A stretch of DNA of 15,171 bases from positions 1 through 15,171 of the forward strand of contig JBKPAK010000184.1 of NCBI GenBank assembly GCA_046726415.1, written 5' to 3'. Shown in pieces: positions 1-7,118 of this stretch. The notes beneath the pieces are model-generated. The model worked only from the letters and a program-made list of their open reading frames with translations. It was not told the DNA's origin and made no database searches. The stretch is from Candidatus Methylomirabilota bacterium (lineage in GTDB: Bacteria; Methylomirabilota; Methylomirabilia; Rokubacteriales; CSP1-6). A program made the position numbers and the translations under genes. Position 1 is the stretch's first letter, and every line of letters starts with the position of its first letter.

Positions 1-203
1 GTCACCGGCCCGGGGTGCCCGCCGACGCCAGTCGCGATCAGCACACGTGGACCGCCCCGCGCCCGAGTGCGCGCCTCGTCCCAGCGGGCGCGGTCCCGGG
101 TCACGATCGGCTTCCAGTCGGGGAAGGCGTAGGTGCGAGCCCTTACCCAGTTGGCCGCCAGCCGCAGCCGGACCGAGCGCTTGAGCAGCTCGCGAAGCGG
201 CAT
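1..203 (-). CDS. 5' fragment of a capsule-synthesis (KpsS/Capsule_synth-like) putative glycosyltransferase; runs off the left edge
   Basis: Not in the ORF track. ATG at 203-201 overlaps the HAD stop (TGATG). The frame is open to position 1: MPLRELLKRSVRLRLAANWVRARTYAFPDWKPIVTRDRARWDEARTRARGGPRVLIATGVGGHPGPV. The segment RVLIATGVGGH matches RVLIATSLGGY near the N-terminus of the 7119-8744 protein. Confidence 0.7.
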   Translation of the reverse strand, partial: MPLRELLKRSVRLRLAANWVRARTYAFPDWKPIVTRDRARWDEARTRARGGPRVLIATGVGGHPGPV

Positions 204-892
204 CAGGTGGCGCTTGCCATGAGCCGGTCGACGAACACCTCGGGCTCAGGGAGGGCGGGGAGCAGCCACCACGGCTCATGGCGCGCCAAGTCCTCGACTC
301 CGTATGAGCCCGAGGCCACGGCGACGGCGCGGGCGCCGATGGCCCGCGCGCAAGCGATGTCGTGCGGCGTGTCTCCGATCACGTACGTGCTCCGGGTCTC
401 CGGCTCTCGCCCCATCACCTCCCGGGCGACGGCCAGGGCCCGCCGCGCGACCGCACTGCGGTCGCGCGCGCCGTCCGCGAAGGCTCCACGCTCGAAGTAG
501 CCGTCGAGCCCGTAGTGGCGCAGCTTCGCCCACGCACCGGCCTCCGTGTTGCCGGTGAGCAGGATGGAGACCGCCCCGGGCTCCCCGCGGAGGTACTCGA
601 GGATGGCCTGCACCCCGGGAGCCACGCGTCCGGTGCGCCAGTGTAGTCGGTCCGGGAGCAGCGCCTCGTATCGCCGCACCAACGCGCCCACCGCCGACGA
701 CGTCTGCGCTCGGCCAAAACGGTCCAGGATCCGGGCGGCAATCTCCACGTCGGTGAGGCCGGCGGTGTCCAGGGACGAAAAGTCGACCGCCTGGTTCACG
801 AGCTCGTGGGTTGCGTCCTCCCACGCGAAGATGCCGGCCCGCGCGGTGGTCAGCAAAGTGCCGTCAATGTCCCAGCAGAGGACGAGCGTCAT
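203..892 (-). CDS. HAD-superfamily hydrolase (phosphatase), 229 aa; candidate ulosonate-phosphate phosphatase
   Basis: Motif I WDIDGTLL, motif II LTGN, conserved Lys (AWAKL), motif IV IGDTPHD. The start is set at ATG 892 (MTLVLCWDIDG), which overlaps the transketolase stop (ATGA). The ORF-track extension to 1165 lies inside the transketolase gene and is not credible. Confidence 0.9.
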   Translation of the reverse strand: MTLVLCWDIDGTLLTTARAGIFAWEDATHELVNQAVDFSSLDTAGLTDVEIAARILDRFGRAQTSSAVGALVRRYEALLPDRLHWRTGRVAPGVQAILEYLRGEPGAVSILLTGNTEAGAWAKLRHYGLDGYFERGAFADGARDRSAVARRALAVAREVMGREPETRSTYVIGDTPHDIACARAIGARAVAVASGSYGVEDLARHEPWWLLPALPEPEVFVDRLMASAT

Positions 893-2805
893 CGCTCGCC
901 CGCGAGCGCCCGGCGCACCTGCTCGACGATCCCCTCGGCGTCGAGACCGTGCGCGTTGAGGACCTCGGTGTTTCCCCCGCAGAGGGGAATCCGGGTCACG
1001 CCCAGTCGCCGCGCCCGTGGCAGAGGCCGCTCGGGCAGCTCGGCGAGGGCCGCCAGGATCATCTGCCCCTGCCCCCCGTGCAGGTAGTGGTTGTCGAGCG
1101 TGAAGAGCCATGAGTAACGCCCGGCGACTTCGGAAAGCCAGTCGGCGGCGACGCGATTCAGCCATGGAAGATCGATCACCGCTACGTCGAGTCCAGCCCG
1201 CCGGGCCAGCAGCTCAGCGGCCCGGAACGCCTGGGCGAGCAGGACTGGCCCGTACCCGATCATGGCGGCGTCGCGCCCTTCGCGCAGCACCACGCCCCGG
1301 CCGAGGCTCAACCGGTAATCGGCCGGGAGCTGGTAAGGGATCTCCGCGGGAATCGACACCAGGCGGATGTAGCACGAGGACGGGGCCGTGTTTACGCAGA
1401 AGTCGAGCGCCTCCTCCGCCTCGTCCTCGGTGCTCGGCTCGATCATGATCAGGTCCGGCACGCCGCCCAACGCCGAGATGTCTCGCACCGACTGATGGCT
1501 GTGGCCGGGGCCGGCGGGCAGGAGGCCCGCCAGCGAGGCGATGTAGACGACCTTCGCCCTCTCGGTGACGTTGTTGTAGATGTGCTCATTCGGACGCGTG
1601 GACAGAAAACACGCGAACGAGTGCACCAGGGGAAGCAGACCGCGTCGCGCCATACCGCCCGCCTGCGACACCATGTCCTGCTCGGCGATGCCGCATTCGA
1701 AGAAGCGGTCGGGGAACCGCTGGCGAAACGGAATCAAGCCGCAGTCGAGGACCAGGTCGGCGTCGAGCACCACCAGCCGAGGGTTGCGCTCGGCCTGGTG
1801 CAGGAGCGCGCGGGAGTAGGCGGTGACCAGTCGATGCACGCGTCCAGGGGTCGGAGCCTCTGGGCGAGGCTCCTGCTCGAGCCGGAGCTCGCCTCCTCCC
1901 GCCTCGCGCAGCCGCGCGCCGGCGGTGTCGATCAGCTCGGCGAGGGCCTTGGCGTACACCTCGGGGCCCGGCGCTCCACTGTGAAACCGGTACATGCGAT
2001 CGGTGGGGTCCATGGCCGCCGGCTCCATGAACGACACGCCCTTGCCCTTGATCGTATCGGCGATCAAAACTTTCGGTCGATCGGCAATCGCCCGCAGCCG
2101 GGAGAATGCCGCGGCCACCGCGCCCAGGTCGTTCCCGTCAGCGCGCTCCACGTGCCATCCGAAGGCCCCGAACTTCGCGGCAAGGTCACCGAGATCGCTC
2201 ACGTCGGCGATCCAGGTATCGGACTGGATCTTGTTGTGGTCGACGATCACGGTGATCTCGCCCAGCCCGAGCGTGGCCGCGGATGGCAGCGACTCCCAGA
2301 TCTGCCCCTCCTGCAACTCGCCGTCGCCGGTCATGACGTAGACGCGCGAGGGAGCGCCGAGGAGTCGGTTGGCGAGGGCCATTCCCTTGGCCTTGGAAAT
2401 ACCCATGCCGAGCGATCCAGTGTTGGCCTCCACGAAAGGTATCGACACGTCGGGATGGCCGGGCAGCCCGCCCAGGCGACGCAATCGGTGGATCAGCGCG
2501 AAGTCGAGCAACCCGAGCCCGGTGAGCACCGCATACAGCGCGGGGGCGTCGTGGCCTTTCGACGAGAAATAGAGGTCACCGGGGCCGCCCGGCTCCGTCG
2601 GGAGCCGCATTTCCTCGAGGAAGAGCCAGCTGACCAGGTCGATGGAACTGAACGAGGTTCCGATGTGGCCAGACCCCGCCCGCGCGATCATGTAGAGCGC
2701 GTTGATTCGACAGATGGCGGCGAAGGCCGTCGCCCGGCGCTCCGGCGTGGTGTCGAGGCGCCGGAGGCGGCTCAACTCGGAGCGCGGTACGTAGTGCAAA
2801 TCCAT
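889..2805 (-). CDS. tkt: Transketolase-family ThDP-dependent enzyme, single chain (N-terminal, pyrimidine-binding and C-terminal domains), 638 aa
   Basis: Motifs SGHIG, SKGH, LPGHP, TGSLGMG, the ThDP motif GDGELQEGQIWE...N, TIKGKG, GIAEQ and GHSHQ. A GAGGG SD-like sequence lies upstream of the ATG. Confidence 0.92.
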   Translation of the reverse strand: MDLHYVPRSELSRLRRLDTTPERRATAFAAICRINALYMIARAGSGHIGTSFSSIDLVSWLFLEEMRLPTEPGGPGDLYFSSKGHDAPALYAVLTGLGLLDFALIHRLRRLGGLPGHPDVSIPFVEANTGSLGMGISKAKGMALANRLLGAPSRVYVMTGDGELQEGQIWESLPSAATLGLGEITVIVDHNKIQSDTWIADVSDLGDLAAKFGAFGWHVERADGNDLGAVAAAFSRLRAIADRPKVLIADTIKGKGVSFMEPAAMDPTDRMYRFHSGAPGPEVYAKALAELIDTAGARLREAGGGELRLEQEPRPEAPTPGRVHRLVTAYSRALLHQAERNPRLVVLDADLVLDCGLIPFRQRFPDRFFECGIAEQDMVSQAGGMARRGLLPLVHSFACFLSTRPNEHIYNNVTERAKVVYIASLAGLLPAGPGHSHQSVRDISALGGVPDLIMIEPSTEDEAEEALDFCVNTAPSSCYIRLVSIPAEIPYQLPADYRLSLGRGVVLREGRDAAMIGYGPVLLAQAFRAAELLARRAGLDVAVIDLPWLNRVAADWLSEVAGRYSWLFTLDNHYLHGGQGQMILAALAELPERPLPRARRLGVTRIPLCGGNTEVLNAHGLDAEGIVEQVRRALAGER

Positions 2806-2841
2806 CGGCGACCCTCGGCGGGGGCGGGGCTCAGCGGTGGC

Positions 2842-3615
2842 TCAGTCGCCCGGGATCTCGATCGGCACCGGCGGCTGCGGCACGGGGAGAAGCCGGGCCT
2901 CGCCGCTCTGGAGCAGCTCCTCGACGTGGCGCCAGTCACGCGTGTCGTTGATGTCGAGGCCCTCGAGTCCCTGCGTGAAGAAGGGCATCAGCACGTGACC
3001 GGCGATGGTGCGTCCTCCGAAGACGACTCGCGCCCACGCGATCTCCAGGCTCGCGTTCTGCGCGTACACCTCGAACAGCGAGGCATACTGGCTACTGTGC
3101 CAGGGCTGCTCGGCGGGCCCCATGGGCAGGAGCGGCAGCATCCGGCGTTCGCGGATGATCCACATCTTCCCGGGATGCTGCCGGCACTTCTCCACCGCGC
3201 GGAGCGAGTCCACACCGCCTTCGGCCAGGAACTCGCGCCACGCGCGCTGGATGGTCTCCGGCGTTCGGAACGGGCTCGTGGGCCGCAGGATGCTGAAGCA
3301 GTCGTACCGGCGCCCCTCGTCGGCCAGCCGGTGGAGCGTGTACTCGAGCCACTCGATGTCGGGTGAGGTCTCGGTGGCGTACTCCGCCGGCCGAAGGAAC
3401 GGCACCTCCGCCCCGTAGTGTTTGGCGATGTCGGCGATGAGCGGCGAGTCCGTCGAGACCAGGACCGCATCGAAGACCGCGCTGGCCCGGGCGGCCGCGA
3501 TAGTGTAGGCAATGACGGGGTGCTCGCCGAGGCGCCGGATGTTCTTGTTCTTGACGCGCTTGGAGCCCGACCGGGCCGGGATCAACCCGATGATGCTGGG
3601 AGTGTCGCTCGACAT
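2842..3615 (-). CDS. neuA: Acylneuraminate/ulosonate cytidylyltransferase (CMP-NulO synthetase), 257 aa
   Basis: Motifs LIPARSGSKRVKNKNI, VSTDS, EVPFLRP, LRPTSPFR and the C-terminal LDINDTRDW. Sits in an operon with a NeuB-family gene. Confidence 0.92.
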   Translation of the reverse strand: MSSDTPSIIGLIPARSGSKRVKNKNIRRLGEHPVIAYTIAAARASAVFDAVLVSTDSPLIADIAKHYGAEVPFLRPAEYATETSPDIEWLEYTLHRLADEGRRYDCFSILRPTSPFRTPETIQRAWREFLAEGGVDSLRAVEKCRQHPGKMWIIRERRMLPLLPMGPAEQPWHSSQYASLFEVYAQNASLEIAWARVVFGGRTIAGHVLMPFFTQGLEGLDINDTRDWRHVEELLQSGEARLLPVPQPPVPIEIPGD

Positions 3616-3626
3616 TCGGATCAGCT

Positions 3627-4439
3627 CTACCAGACGGTGAAGCCGCCGTCCACCTTCAGGTTGATGCCGGTCACGTACCGCGCGGCCTCGGAGGCAAGGA
3701 AGACCAGGGGCCCGGCCAGATCAGCGGGCTCGGCCATGCGCCCCAGCGGCACGCGCGCGGCGTACTTGCGCTTGAACTCCTCGTCCTGGCCCCCCACCAC
3801 CCCGCCGGGAGAGAGGGCATTGACGCGGACTCCATACGGCCCCCACAGCGCCGCGAAGTACATGGTGAGGTTCACCACGGCCGCCTTGGAGGCGCCGTAG
3901 GCGGGCGGCTTGAGGAACGGCGGGTCGCTCGGCAAGTGGTCGTACAAGCGCTGATCGGGGGCGACCGCAGCGTAGAGCGACCCGATGTTGATGATCGAGC
4001 CTCGCCGGGCCGCCACCATGGCGGGGCCGAACGCCTGGATGCAGTGAAAGGCGCCGAGCACATTCACCTCGAAGACATCGCGAAAGAGCTCTGTCGGGAT
4101 GTCCTCTACTCGAGCGCTCCGGGGAAGCACGGTGGGCGGCTGGTCGATTCCCGCGTTGTTGAGCAGCACGGAGGGGCTCCAACCGTGCTGGCCACACTCC
4201 GTGCGCGCGTGGGTGAGCGACTCGCGATCGGTGACGTCGGCCCGCACCAGGCGCAGCCGCTCGTCGACATCGCGGTCGAGCAACCGCGCGAACGCGTCCG
4301 GGATCTTGGCCTCGGCGAGGTCGAGCCCCACGACCCTGGCCCCGGCGTCGAGGAGAGCCTCGACCCAGACCGGGCCGAGCCGCCCGAGGGCCCCGGTGAC
4401 CAGGGCGACCTCGCCCCCGAGATCCCCGCCGCCCTTCAC
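3627..4439 (-). CDS. Classical short-chain dehydrogenase/reductase (PtmA-like type often found in nonulosonate clusters), 270 aa
   Basis: Rossmann motif TGALGRLG, NNAG, NIGS, catalytic YGASK, RVNALSPGG and VTGINLKVDGG. The GTG start overlaps the neuB stop (GTGA). Confidence 0.9.
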   Translation of the reverse strand: MKGGGDLGGEVALVTGALGRLGPVWVEALLDAGARVVGLDLAEAKIPDAFARLLDRDVDERLRLVRADVTDRESLTHARTECGQHGWSPSVLLNNAGIDQPPTVLPRSARVEDIPTELFRDVFEVNVLGAFHCIQAFGPAMVAARRGSIINIGSLYAAVAPDQRLYDHLPSDPPFLKPPAYGASKAAVVNLTMYFAALWGPYGVRVNALSPGGVVGGQDEEFKRKYAARVPLGRMAEPADLAGPLVFLASEAARYVTGINLKVDGGFTVW

Positions 4440-5518
4440 GGGCGGCGGCCGAGCATATCGAGCTGGATGGCCTCGTCGGTGTCGAGATCCTTGCGGAGGG
4501 CGCGCCCGATGACGTCGTGAAGCTCGTAGGGCGCGAGGCCATCACCACCCGGCGACTTGATGCCCACGTCCTTCGGGGTGAGGATCTGGCCGGAGCGAAG
4601 GGGGCGCGCGGCCACCAGCCTCTTGCCCATCTTGGTGATCCCGGGGATCTCGCTAGGATAGACGCGCTTCGTCCCGTCGCCCAGGGCCACCCGGACCCGC
4701 GTGAGGTCCCGTACCGTCTTCCGTAGCCCCACGGGCTCGAGGGAGAAGGCGTGGTCCGTGCCTTTCATGGCCCGATTCAGGGTGAAGTGCTTCTCGATGA
4801 TCCGCGCGCCGAGCACGTAAGCCGCCACGGCCATGGCGATCCCGCTGTCATGGGCGGACAGCCCGATCACCACGTCGGGGAACAGCGCCCGATATGTCTC
4901 GATCACCCGGAGGTCGAGCTCCTCGAACGCCGCCGGATAGCTGGCCGTGCACTGCAGAATGGCGACCTGCCGGTTGAGCGGCCTCACGGCGTCGTAGGCC
5001 CGGCGGACGTCGTCCAAGGTGCCGCCCCCCGTGCTGATGATGATCGGCTTGCCCAGCCGCGCCACGTGCTCGATGAGGGGAATGTTCCGAAGATCGCCCG
5101 AGGCGATCTTGTAGGCCGGCATGTCGAGCCGGGCGAGGAAGTCGGCGCTGGGGATGTCGAAGGCGGTGGCGAAGAAGGTGATGCTCAGCTCGCGAGCGAA
5201 CCGTTGGAGCTCGGCGTATTCATCCTTGCCGAACTCCAGGAACTCCCGATGCTCGCCGTAGGTGCGGCCAAAGCTGTTCTCGTGGTCGTAGGGCCGGCCA
5301 TACATCTCACGGGTGAAGAGGGTCGGGTTGTCGCGCTTCTGGAGCTTGACCGCCGACGCTCCGGCCGCCTTGGCCTCGCGGAACAGCTGTCGGCACTTCT
5401 CCAGATCGCCCTGGTGGTTGTGCCCGATCTCGGCGATCACCCAGCAGGGAGACTCGTCAGAGATCACCTGCCCGTCGATCACAAGGGCGCGTTGCGCGGT
5501 CGCCTCGTAGTGTCCCAA
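4436..5518 (-). CDS. neuB: NeuB-family PEP-dependent nonulosonate(-9-phosphate) synthase with C-terminal SAF/antifreeze-like domain
   Basis: Motifs IAEIGHNHQGD, VKLQKR, YKIASGD, IISTG, LQCTASYP, GLSAH, IEKHFTL and TDHAFSLEP, plus a C-terminal SAF-like segment. The start is uncertain. TTG 5518 follows GGAGG and fits the predicted promoter; the ORF track uses TTG 5539. Confidence 0.93.
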   Translation of the reverse strand: MGHYEATAQRALVIDGQVISDESPCWVIAEIGHNHQGDLEKCRQLFREAKAAGASAVKLQKRDNPTLFTREMYGRPYDHENSFGRTYGEHREFLEFGKDEYAELQRFARELSITFFATAFDIPSADFLARLDMPAYKIASGDLRNIPLIEHVARLGKPIIISTGGGTLDDVRRAYDAVRPLNRQVAILQCTASYPAAFEELDLRVIETYRALFPDVVIGLSAHDSGIAMAVAAYVLGARIIEKHFTLNRAMKGTDHAFSLEPVGLRKTVRDLTRVRVALGDGTKRVYPSEIPGITKMGKRLVAARPLRSGQILTPKDVGIKSPGGDGLAPYELHDVIGRALRKDLDTDEAIQLDMLGRRP

Positions 5519-5552
5519 GATTCCTCCGCTTCGCGGCAATTGGTCCGCGCTG

Positions 5553-5582
5553 ATTATCTGGGTTCGGAAGTTTCAGTGTCAA
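5553..5582 (-). promoter_or_regulatory. Sigma70-type promoter for the neuB operon: TTGACA-N18-GATAAT
   Basis: Plus-strand tgtcaa (5577-5582) is a perfect -35 on the minus strand. Plus-strand attatc (5553-5558) reads GATAAT, a 5/6 match to the -10. The spacer is 18 bp and the site lies in an AT-richer intergenic region directly upstream of neuB. Confidence 0.7.
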
Positions 5583-5627
5583 GAATGGCGCACTCCTACG
5601 GATTCCCCTATTTTGGGTGGCCCGCTG

Positions 5628-5633
5628 TATAAT
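5628..5633 (+). promoter_or_regulatory. Candidate -10 element (TATAAT) for the rightward operon
   Basis: Perfect TATAAT in the divergent intergenic region of a very GC-rich window. No convincing -35 at 16-18 bp spacing. Confidence 0.45.
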
Positions 5634-5768
5634 ACCCACTCGCGGTGTTCTTTCGGTGATGTTCACTGAGCAAATCTACGACCGCTCGACGATACTCGTC
5701 GGGTCTGAGTGCCTGGGCGGAGCCGGTCGCTGGCGCGCGCGTCGAACCCGCCGCGCGGCGCTTCGCTG

Positions 5769-7025
5769 ATGGCTGGAACGGGGATCTCGCTCGGCCTGCC
5801 CATCCACAACGGGGCCCGGCACCTTCGCCAAGCCCTCGATTCCCTGCTCGCCCAATCCTACCGCGATTTCAACCTCGTCCTCTTGGATGACGGATCGGTC
5901 GACGGCTCCGACTCCATCGCCCAGGAATACGCCCGGCGCGACCCCCGGATCTGCTTTTTTCGGCATGGCGCGCGAATCGGCCTCGTCAACGCCTGGAAGC
6001 GCGTGGCAGACATCGCCGCGCGCTCCCATGCCCCGAGCTACTTCGCGTGGTTCTCCGATCACGACTGGGTCGCGCCCGACTGGCTGGAGCGACTCTCCGA
6101 GGCCCTGCAGGAGCAGCCGGATGCGGTGCTGGCTCACGCGCGGACGATTCACGTGGACGCCGACGGTTCCCCCACCGGGGCCGAGAGTTACGCCCTCGAC
6201 ACGGCCAAGATGGAGCCCTATGAGCAGCTGCGCGCCGTGAGCCTGGGGCCGTTTGGGGCGGGCGACGCCGTCTACGGTCTGTTCCGCTTCGACGCGCTCC
6301 GTCGGTGTGGGATCTTTCCACAAGAGATCCTTCCCGACCGGCTCCTGGTCTCCGAGCTCACGCTCTTCGGAACCGTTGCGCATGTGCCCGGCGCGGTGCG
6401 CTTCCGGCGCGTCTTCGCGGCCAGCGACTCCTCGGCCGACGTGATCCGACGCCAGCTCTCCACCTTGTTCGCTCCTTCCGACCAGCCGGTGCGACCGCAT
6501 CTCAGCCATGCGACCTATTTCATCCGCCGGCTCCTCCACGCGCCCGCGGACGAGCCGCCGCGGCGACGCATGCAGCGGCTCTATCATGCCCTGCTCTACT
6601 TCCAGCGCCAGTTCAACAAGTACCGACTCGAATGCGTGCGCGAGCTCGAGCGGCCTGAGCCGCTGGGCGAGATCGCCCCTCTCACCGATTTTCTGGGGGC
6701 GGTACTGGAACGGAAGTGGAAGTTCCTCTATCAGGACTACGCCGGCCTCCTGGAGAAAACGCGGAACGCCCGCGTACGGGTTCGCGAACTCAAGGCGCTG
6801 CGGGAGAGCTTGGAGGAGAAAATCGCGGAGCTCGAGGCCCGCAACGCCGAGGCCCAGGCCCGGAACGCCGAGGCCCAGGCTCGGAACGCCGAGGCCCAGG
6901 CTCGGAACGCCGAAGCCGAGGCTCGGAACGCCGAAGCCGAGGCCCGGATTGCGATGCTGAGCGAGGAGCTTCGCCATCCCGTCCGCCACCTGCTCAGGCG
7001 TGCGGCCAAGACCCTTCGGAGATGA
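5769..7025 (+). CDS. GT2-family glycosyltransferase with C-terminal heptad-repeat coiled coil
   Basis: GT-A N-terminus ISLGLPIHNGARHLRQALDSLLAQSYRDFNLVLLDDGSVDGS and a DxD-like WFSDHD. The C-terminus has (ARNAEAQ/E)x5 and a basic tail. ATG 5769 is preferred over GTG 5709 because the domain begins right after it. Confidence 0.88.
   Translation: MAGTGISLGLPIHNGARHLRQALDSLLAQSYRDFNLVLLDDGSVDGSDSIAQEYARRDPRICFFRHGARIGLVNAWKRVADIAARSHAPSYFAWFSDHDWVAPDWLERLSEALQEQPDAVLAHARTIHVDADGSPTGAESYALDTAKMEPYEQLRAVSLGPFGAGDAVYGLFRFDALRRCGIFPQEILPDRLLVSELTLFGTVAHVPGAVRFRRVFAASDSSADVIRRQLSTLFAPSDQPVRPHLSHATYFIRRLLHAPADEPPRRRMQRLYHALLYFQRQFNKYRLECVRELERPEPLGEIAPLTDFLGAVLERKWKFLYQDYAGLLEKTRNARVRVRELKALRESLEEKIAELEARNAEAQARNAEAQARNAEAQARNAEAEARNAEAEARIAMLSEELRHPVRHLLRRAAKTLRR
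6837..6947 (+). repeat. In-frame 21-bp tandem repeat, 5 copies plus 6 bp (GCYCGSAACGCCGARGCCSAG), encoding ARNAEAQ/ARNAEAE
   Basis: Units start at 6837, 6858, 6879, 6900 and 6921, with a partial unit at 6942. Units 4 and 5 are identical; units 1-3 differ only at third codon positions. Confidence 0.95.
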
Positions 7026-7118
7026 GACCTCCGATATCTCCGGCGGGCCCAGTATCCTTGACGCCATGACACTGACGCCCGCATGGTGTTGCGATTCGCC
7101 AGGCCCACGGTGGATGGC

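Noticed and set aside
893-1165. N-terminal extension of the HAD ORF given in the track
   Set aside because: It overlaps the transketolase coding region. HAD motif I begins just after ATG 892, which forms an ATGA overlap.
1495-3366. 623-aa plus-strand ORF
   Set aside because: Antisense shadow of the transketolase and neuA genes. It has no recognisable motifs, and long antisense frames are expected at this GC content.
5614-5638. TGGGT-N15-ACCCA inverted repeat around the TATAAT as an operator
   Set aside because: The arms are only 5 bp, which is readily expected by chance.
7058-7087. TTGACG-N18-CATGGT as an internal promoter
   Set aside because: The -10 match is too weak (3/6) to support a call.
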